The notes under the pieces are model-generated. The model saw nothing but the letters and a program-made list of their open reading frames with translations, was not told the origin of the DNA and did not search any database. From an uncultured Gammaproteobacteria bacterium (GTDB lineage: Bacteria; Patescibacteriota; Microgenomatia; UBA8517), in assembly GCA_964435575.1 (NCBI GenBank), contig CAYSZS010000001.1:43206-107205 (forward strand): a stretch of 64,000 nucleotides of DNA, written 5' to 3'. Below, one piece after another: positions 58,625 through 64,000 of this stretch. A program made the position numbers and the translations under genes. The first letter of the stretch is position 1. Every line of letters begins with the position of its first letter.

Positions 58625-60121
58625 ATGTCTGATATAACAAAAACACAGGACCATTTGGATCCCACCGGCGAAATTAGTTTGGAAGCGGTAAAATCGAGGG
58701 CGGTTAAAGGTGTTGTTGTTTTAACGGGTCGGACCTTTATCCTTCAAATAGTATCATTTTCCGCCTGGTTTTTTCTTTCGGTCTTTTTAGATGCCCGGGA
58801 AATCGGGGTTTTCTTTATAGTATCTGCAGTAGTAAATTTCCTGCGCTATTTTTCCGACATCGGTTTGGCCGCTGCCTTAATTCAAAAAAAGGAGAAAGTT
58901 GACGAAGCCGATCTTAAAACAACCTTCACTATCCAGCAGGGGCTGGTAATACTGCTTTTGCTGTTTTTATATATTTCGGCTCCTTTTTTCCAGCGATATT
59001 ATTCATTGAGCTATGAGGGATTACTGCTTTTTTATGCGCTGGGCGTATCTTTTCTTTTTTCATCTTTAAAAACCATTCCCTCGGTTTTATTGGAACGCGA
59101 GCTGAAGTTCGGGAAATTGGTTATTCCCGATGTTTTGGAGAACCTTGTTTACAATTTAACCGCGGTATATTTCGCCTGGCAGGGAATGGGGATAACAAGC
59201 TTTACTTATGCAGTATTGCTGCGCGGTATAGTCGGGTTAATCGCGATTTATATAATTCGTCCCTGGCTTCCCGGACTGGCCTTCGCCGGAAAATCTTTGA
59301 GAAAACTTTTGACTTTCGGAGTTCCGTACCAACTGAATACTTTTTTGGCGACAGTAAAAGACGACGGAATGACGGCATTTTTGGGAGGAATTCTCGGAGC
59401 AACCGGTATTGGCTATCTCGGCTGGGCGCAAAAATGGGCGCAGACGCCTCTCCGGCTATTTTTGGATAATGTTACAAAAGTCACCTTTCCGGCATTTTCA
59501 CGCATGCAGGACGATAAAAAACATCTCGAAAGCAGTGTCACAAGATCAATATATTTTGTTGCCTTTTTAGTTTTTCCGTCGATTGTCAGCCTTTTGGTTT
59601 TGGCACCCGTTTTGGTAGAAATAATTCCAAGGTATGATAAATGGCAGCCGGCGCTTCTACCTTTGGCACTGGTCAGCGTCAATGTGATTATGGCTGTTTC
59701 AACGACCCAGATTACCAATCTATTCAACGCGATAGGTAAAATTAAAATAACTTTTAAACTGATGTTAATGTGGACGATTCTCACCTGGTTATTTGTTCCC
59801 TTTTTCGGATTAAGATTCGGTGTCAATGGCGCGGCATTCGGCTATGCTCTCGTAGGCGCGAGTTCGGTGATTGCGATTTATATCGGGAAAAGACATGTCA
59901 ACTTTTCTCTTAAATACAGCTTGCTGAATCCGGCAATCGCTTCGGTTATTATGGCCATTGTAATGCTTTTGGTAAGAAATATATTGCCTGTTAATATTTT
60001 CGGACTTTCGTTAATCGCTTTGGTCGGTCTTGCAGCCTATTTTGCGGCATCTTTTGCAATTGTCGGCAGGTCTCTTCTGGAAGATGGTAAAAAATCTCTT
60101 TCAACTCTTTTCAGTCGCTAA
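58625..60121 (+). CDS. Wzx-like oligosaccharide/polysaccharide flippase (MOP superfamily)
   Basis: About 12-14 TM helices. The N-terminal architecture is typical of polysaccharide biosynthesis proteins (charged residues in TM1/TM2). It sits in a GT island. Confidence 0.7.
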   Translation: MSDITKTQDHLDPTGEISLEAVKSRAVKGVVVLTGRTFILQIVSFSAWFFLSVFLDAREIGVFFIVSAVVNFLRYFSDIGLAAALIQKKEKVDEADLKTTFTIQQGLVILLLLFLYISAPFFQRYYSLSYEGLLLFYALGVSFLFSSLKTIPSVLLERELKFGKLVIPDVLENLVYNLTAVYFAWQGMGITSFTYAVLLRGIVGLIAIYIIRPWLPGLAFAGKSLRKLLTFGVPYQLNTFLATVKDDGMTAFLGGILGATGIGYLGWAQKWAQTPLRLFLDNVTKVTFPAFSRMQDDKKHLESSVTRSIYFVAFLVFPSIVSLLVLAPVLVEIIPRYDKWQPALLPLALVSVNVIMAVSTTQITNLFNAIGKIKITFKLMLMWTILTWLFVPFFGLRFGVNGAAFGYALVGASSVIAIYIGKRHVNFSLKYSLLNPAIASVIMAIVMLLVRNILPVNIFGLSLIALVGLAAYFAASFAIVGRSLLEDGKKSLSTLFSR

Positions 60122-60179
60122 GATAAATAGAGCAGGCCGGTTTTTGATTTTAGCCGGTTCGCTGGTCTGGTCTTTGACT

Positions 60180-61832
60180 ATGGTAAAAAGTGGATTGGTT
60201 TACAATTATGGAATGGGATTTTGGGGTCCGAACGGACATGACGGAATTTGGCACATAAGTTTGGCAAATTCATTAGCAAGAGGATTGTGGCAGATGCCGA
60301 TTTTCGCGGGAGAAACTATTAAGAACTATCACATAGGATTTGATTTGGTACTTGCCATACTTCATAAACTGACTTTTATTCCAATTCATACTTTGTATTT
60401 TCAAATACTTCCCCCAATCTTTGCATTCTTAATTGGCTTATTTGCTTATTTGTTTACTCTGTCTTGGAAAAATTCCACGAAATCGGCTTTTTGGGCGACT
60501 TTTTTTGTGTATTTCGGTGGAAACTGGGGTTGGCTAGTAACTTTAATAAGAGGGAAAGAGTTGGGTGGAGAGAGTCTGTTTTGGTCACAACAGGCAATAT
60601 CGACGCTTATCAACCCACCCTTCGCCCTGTCACTTATCTTGATATTTTCCGGATTGTGGGTACTTGTAAAAGGACTACAGACTAAAGATAAAAGACTTTT
60701 TATTATTGCTACATTTTTATTCGGAGTTTTGGTGCAGGTCAAGGTTTATGCTGGAATTTTGGTTTTAGCAGGACTTTTTATGGCGGGATTTTGGAGAATG
60801 GTTAAAAAGCAGGGAATTGACTTAATCAAAGTTTTTACAGGTTCCTTGCTAATTTCTTTTTTGATTTTTTCTCCGTTAATAGGAAGCGTTGGGCAAACGG
60901 TAATTTTTCAGCCCTTTTGGTTTTTGGAAAGCATAGTTTCTTCACCTGACCGCTTTTATTGGCCAAAAATGGCAAGCGCAATTGCAAACTATAAATTGGC
61001 GGGAAATTGGCCAAGATTAATTCTTGCCTATGGAGTGACATTTGCTATTTTTTGGTTTGGAAACTTGGGTACAAGAATTTTAAAAGAGCCGCTGTTTTTT
61101 GTACACCTTAAAAATCTCAAGAAACTTTCATTCATTGAAGTATTTTTGTATAGCATTATAGGGCTAGGGGTTTTACTTCCGACTCTATTTATCCAAAAAG
61201 GAAATTCCTGGAACACAATTCAATTTATGTATTATTCTTTGGTGTTTTCTGGAATTCTAGCTGGGGTTTGTTTGGGAAAGTATTTAGATAAAAATGCGGA
61301 CGAGAAGCACAGCACTATGATACATCATAGTAAGCGAGTGGGTCTAATTTTATTAATAATAGCGATGACGGTACCAACTAGCGTTGGGACTTTGAAACAC
61401 TACTTACCCCAAAGACCTCCAGCGATGATTTCAAATCAAGAACTTGAAGCACTTGATTTTCTTGCAAATCAGCCAGATGGAACTGTCCTAACTCAGCCTT
61501 TTGGCAGAGAAAAAGCCCTTGCAGCTCAATCAAATCCGCCAAGACCTCTTTACCTTTACGAGTCAACTGCCTATGTTTCGGCTTTTTCCGGGAAACAGAC
61601 GTATTTGGAAGATGAAGTTAACTTAGAAATAACGGGATATGACTGGAGAAAAAGGAGAAAAGAAGTTGAACCATTTTTTGGCGAGAACTGTAAAATAGAC
61701 GTAAATTTCTTTACTGACAAAGAGGTCTCATATATTTATTTAGTAAAGCAAAATTTATGTAAAAGGGAATTTGAGACAATTGCAGATAAAATATTTGAAA
61801 ATCTGGAGGTTGTGGTATTTAAGGTTAATTAG
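60180..61832 (+). CDS. Large polytopic membrane protein with a C-terminal soluble domain (GT-C-like or polymerase/ligase-like)
   Basis: The ORF is open from 60030 but overlaps wzx up to 60121. The start is probably the TTG near 60148 or the ATG at 60180. There is a GPNGHDGIWHISLANS periplasmic motif, more than 10 TM helices and a roughly 180-aa C-terminal domain. Confidence 0.5.
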   Translation: MVKSGLVYNYGMGFWGPNGHDGIWHISLANSLARGLWQMPIFAGETIKNYHIGFDLVLAILHKLTFIPIHTLYFQILPPIFAFLIGLFAYLFTLSWKNSTKSAFWATFFVYFGGNWGWLVTLIRGKELGGESLFWSQQAISTLINPPFALSLILIFSGLWVLVKGLQTKDKRLFIIATFLFGVLVQVKVYAGILVLAGLFMAGFWRMVKKQGIDLIKVFTGSLLISFLIFSPLIGSVGQTVIFQPFWFLESIVSSPDRFYWPKMASAIANYKLAGNWPRLILAYGVTFAIFWFGNLGTRILKEPLFFVHLKNLKKLSFIEVFLYSIIGLGVLLPTLFIQKGNSWNTIQFMYYSLVFSGILAGVCLGKYLDKNADEKHSTMIHHSKRVGLILLIIAMTVPTSVGTLKHYLPQRPPAMISNQELEALDFLANQPDGTVLTQPFGREKALAAQSNPPRPLYLYESTAYVSAFSGKQTYLEDEVNLEITGYDWRKRRKEVEPFFGENCKIDVNFFTDKEVSYIYLVKQNLCKREFETIADKIFENLEVVVFKVN

Positions 61833-61868
61833 ATGTGTTTCTTCTTTGCTTCATGCTAAAATTAGCTT

Positions 61869-62768
61869 GTGGGAAAGATTTCGGTTGTTGTTAATACTCT
61901 GAACGAGGAAAAGAACTTGCCTCGAGCTTTATCTTCTGTTAAAGATTTTGCCGACGAGACTGTGGTTGTTGATATGCACTCCGATGATAAAACCCAGGAT
62001 ATTGCCAAAAAGTTTGGTGCAAAAGTTTTTGAACATGACCGAACCGGGTATGTAGAGCCTGCCAGAAATTATGCAATTTCAAAAACAACCGGTGATTGGA
62101 TTTTGGTTTTGGACGCGGATGAAGAAATTGCAAAGTTTCTCGCGGATAAATTGAGACAGATTTCCACGGATTCCGATTCGGCAGATTATTATAGATTGCC
62201 TCGTAAAAATATCATCTTCGGCAAGTGGATTAAGCACTCTCGCTGGTGGCCTGACCTAAATATCCGATTTTTCAAAAAGGGAAAGGTTAGCTGGAATGAA
62301 ATCATTCATTCTGTCCCTACAACTAGGGGCAAAGGACTTGATCTGGAACCAAAAGTGGAAAATTCAATAATTCATTATCATTATGAGACTGTCGAACAAT
62401 ATATTGAGAGATTAAATAGGTATACGGGAGAGCACGCAAAAAATTTAATTAAAGATGGATATAAGTTTGACTGGAGTGATTTACTGAGAAAGCCTGTAAA
62501 TGAGTTTTTAAGTCGTTATTTTCAGGGCGAAGGTTATAAAGACGGGCTACATGGTTTCGCGTTGGCTGAATTGCAAGCATTTTCAGAGTTTGTTATGTAT
62601 CTTAAAACTTGGCAGTTGGAGAAGTTCATAGGCAATCACATCGAGATAGAAGAGGTTGTAAATGAAATGAAGGAGGCAGAAAACGATCTTCATTATTGGG
62701 AGAGCGACGCACTCCTTAAAGAGGTTGGAGGCTTAAAACACAGAATAAAAAGAAAACTTAAATTATAA
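61869..62768 (+). CDS. GT2 family glycosyltransferase (soluble, GT-A fold)
   Basis: GTG start. The motifs are ISVVVNTLNEEKNL, VVVDMHSDDKT and ILVLDADEE (DxD). Confidence 0.7.
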   Translation: MGKISVVVNTLNEEKNLPRALSSVKDFADETVVVDMHSDDKTQDIAKKFGAKVFEHDRTGYVEPARNYAISKTTGDWILVLDADEEIAKFLADKLRQISTDSDSADYYRLPRKNIIFGKWIKHSRWWPDLNIRFFKKGKVSWNEIIHSVPTTRGKGLDLEPKVENSIIHYHYETVEQYIERLNRYTGEHAKNLIKDGYKFDWSDLLRKPVNEFLSRYFQGEGYKDGLHGFALAELQAFSEFVMYLKTWQLEKFIGNHIEIEEVVNEMKEAENDLHYWESDALLKEVGGLKHRIKRKLKL

Positions 62769-62865
62769 TGCCAATCTACGAATTTATGCGAATGTTACGA
62801 ATAGATACGGATTATGTAGATTAAGACTCTATTATCTAAATCCCAAATCATTTGTATTTATTAGT

Positions 62866-63834
62866 ATGCATTGGCATTATTCGAACTTATTCGCATCATT
62901 ATCTATGAAAATCTTCATCATAATTCTAAACTGGAATCGTGCTGATGATACTCTTGATTGTCTAAAATCCGTCGAGAAATTACAAATTACAAATTACAAA
63001 TTGCAAATTATTATAGTAGATAATGCTTCTACAGACGATTCGATTAAAAAAATTAAAAAAGGTATCAAAAGTACCACAAGTACCAAAGGTATCATAAGTA
63101 AAATAATCGGGAACCGAACTAACTTGGGATTTGCAGCAGGGAATAATGTTGGGGTTAAATATGCATTAGATCAGGGTGCTGATTATATAATGGTTTTAAA
63201 TAACGATACCGTTGTTGATAAAAATTTGTTAATAGAGTTTTTGAAAGCATTGAAGAAATATCCAAAAGCCGGTATTCTTTCTCCGAAAATATATTTTGCT
63301 TCTGGTTTTGAGTTTCATAAAGACAGATATAAAAAGTCAGAATTAGGAAAAGTAATTTGGTACTCGGGGGGAAAAATAGATTGGAATAATGTTTACGGTT
63401 TTGGTAGGGGTGTTGATGAGGTAGATAATGGTCAATACGACGAAGTTACAGAAACCGATTTTGCAACAGGAACCTGCATGTTTTTAAGTCGTAATGCTTT
63501 GGAAAAAGTTGGTTTATTTGATGAAAAGTATTTTATGTATTTCGAAGATACGGACCTTTCCATGAGATTAAAACGCGTCGGTTTTAGAGTATTTTATGTT
63601 CCACGGGCAGTTTTATGGCACAAAGTTGCCCAAAGCTCAGGAATTGGAAGTGATTTGAATGACTACTTTATTACAAGAAATAGACTGTTGTTTGGTATGA
63701 GATATGCAAAATTAAGAACAAGGTTTGCATTGTATCGTGAGAGTTTGCGTTTTTTACTATCAGGAAGAGTTTGGCAAAGAAAAGGCGTATTGGATTTTTA
63801 CCTGGGAAGATTAGGAAAGGGGTCATGGCATTGA
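62866..63834 (+). CDS. GT2 family glycosyltransferase (WbbL/rhamnosyltransferase-like)
   Basis: IFIIILNWNRADDTLDCLKSV, IIVDNASTDDS and MVLNNDTVV. It contains an AAATTAC x4-5 heptanucleotide tandem repeat at 62978-63012. The likely start is MKIFII at 62908. Confidence 0.7.
   Translation: MHWHYSNLFASLSMKIFIIILNWNRADDTLDCLKSVEKLQITNYKLQIIIVDNASTDDSIKKIKKGIKSTTSTKGIISKIIGNRTNLGFAAGNNVGVKYALDQGADYIMVLNNDTVVDKNLLIEFLKALKKYPKAGILSPKIYFASGFEFHKDRYKKSELGKVIWYSGGKIDWNNVYGFGRGVDEVDNGQYDEVTETDFATGTCMFLSRNALEKVGLFDEKYFMYFEDTDLSMRLKRVGFRVFYVPRAVLWHKVAQSSGIGSDLNDYFITRNRLLFGMRYAKLRTRFALYRESLRFLLSGRVWQRKGVLDFYLGRLGKGSWH
62978..63012 (+). repeat. Heptanucleotide tandem repeat (AAATTAC x3, then AAATTGC and AAATTAT) in the 5' coding region of a GT2 gene
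   Basis: Read directly. The unit is the same as in the 40363 repeat (a rotation of TTACAAA). Confidence 0.8.
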
Positions 63835-64000
63835 AAATTTCTGCAATTATTATCGCCAAAAATGAGGAGAAGAAAATCGGTGACTCTTTGAAATCCGTTA
63901 AATGGGTAGATGAGATTATAGTTATCGATAATGATTCGATAGATAAAACCGCGCAAATAGCAAGAAGATACGGAGCCAGAGTAATACCGTTTAAAGATGG
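63825..64000 (+). CDS. GT2 family glycosyltransferase, partial (3'-truncated by the window edge)
   Basis: MALKISAIIIAKNEEKKIGDSLKSVKWVDEIIVIDNDSIDKT. The ATG overlaps the upstream stop. Confidence 0.65.
   Translation, partial: MALKISAIIIAKNEEKKIGDSLKSVKWVDEIIVIDNDSIDKTAQIARRYGARVIPFKD

Noticed and set aside
1-64000. Search for CRISPR arrays, rRNA and tRNA genes
   Set aside because: The only regularly spaced direct repeats are the short coding SSRs. No conserved rRNA segments or tRNA-like GTTCGA-containing cloverleaf candidates were seen by eye. A tRNAscan or Infernal run would be needed to be certain.

Overview
This 64-kb window is AT-rich and almost entirely coding, with nearly every gene on the + strand. 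Start codons are often non-ATG, ribosome-binding sites are weak, and TGA is used as a stop. Secreted proteins carry Pro/Thr-rich linkers. Together these features fit a Patescibacteria/CPR-like genome, which I infer rather than prove.

The content falls into three blocks:

- **Surface and secretome neighbourhood (1-12.3 kb).** It holds a VanZ-like protein, GalE and an S8 subtilisin. Two anchored proteins with Pro/Thr-rich linkers follow. Next comes an array of three paralogous secreted N/T/G-rich repeat proteins with Cys-Cys motifs. Immediately downstream are a sortase and a secreted CAP-domain protein.
- **Housekeeping genes (12.5-19.7 kb).** These are GalU, a YkuK/DUF458 RNase H-like protein, an archease-RtcB RNA-ligase pair and an rmlABCD dTDP-rhamnose operon.
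- **Glycoconjugate-assembly island (19.9-64 kb).** It contains a 934-aa GT2-GT4 fusion, a GT4, a PIG-L deacetylase and a FemAB/CelD-like acyltransferase. It also has five DPM1-like GT2 polyprenyl-phosphate-sugar synthases (one fused to a GtrA flippase module), three further GT2s and about 13 polytopic GT-C-like membrane glycosyltransferases, three of them tandem paralogs. A Wzx-like flippase and a secreted glycoside-hydrolase-like protein are also present. Interspersed are trmD, a Xer-like recombinase, a DUF433/DUF5615 toxin-antitoxin-like pair, a MacAB-type efflux system, a PHP phosphoesterase, a NUDIX hydrolase and a C45-like Ntn hydrolase.

No tRNA, rRNA or CRISPR array was seen. The most noteworthy candidates are the repeat-protein plus sortase module, the three-component glycosylation island, and period-7 simple-sequence repeats inside glycosyltransferase genes.
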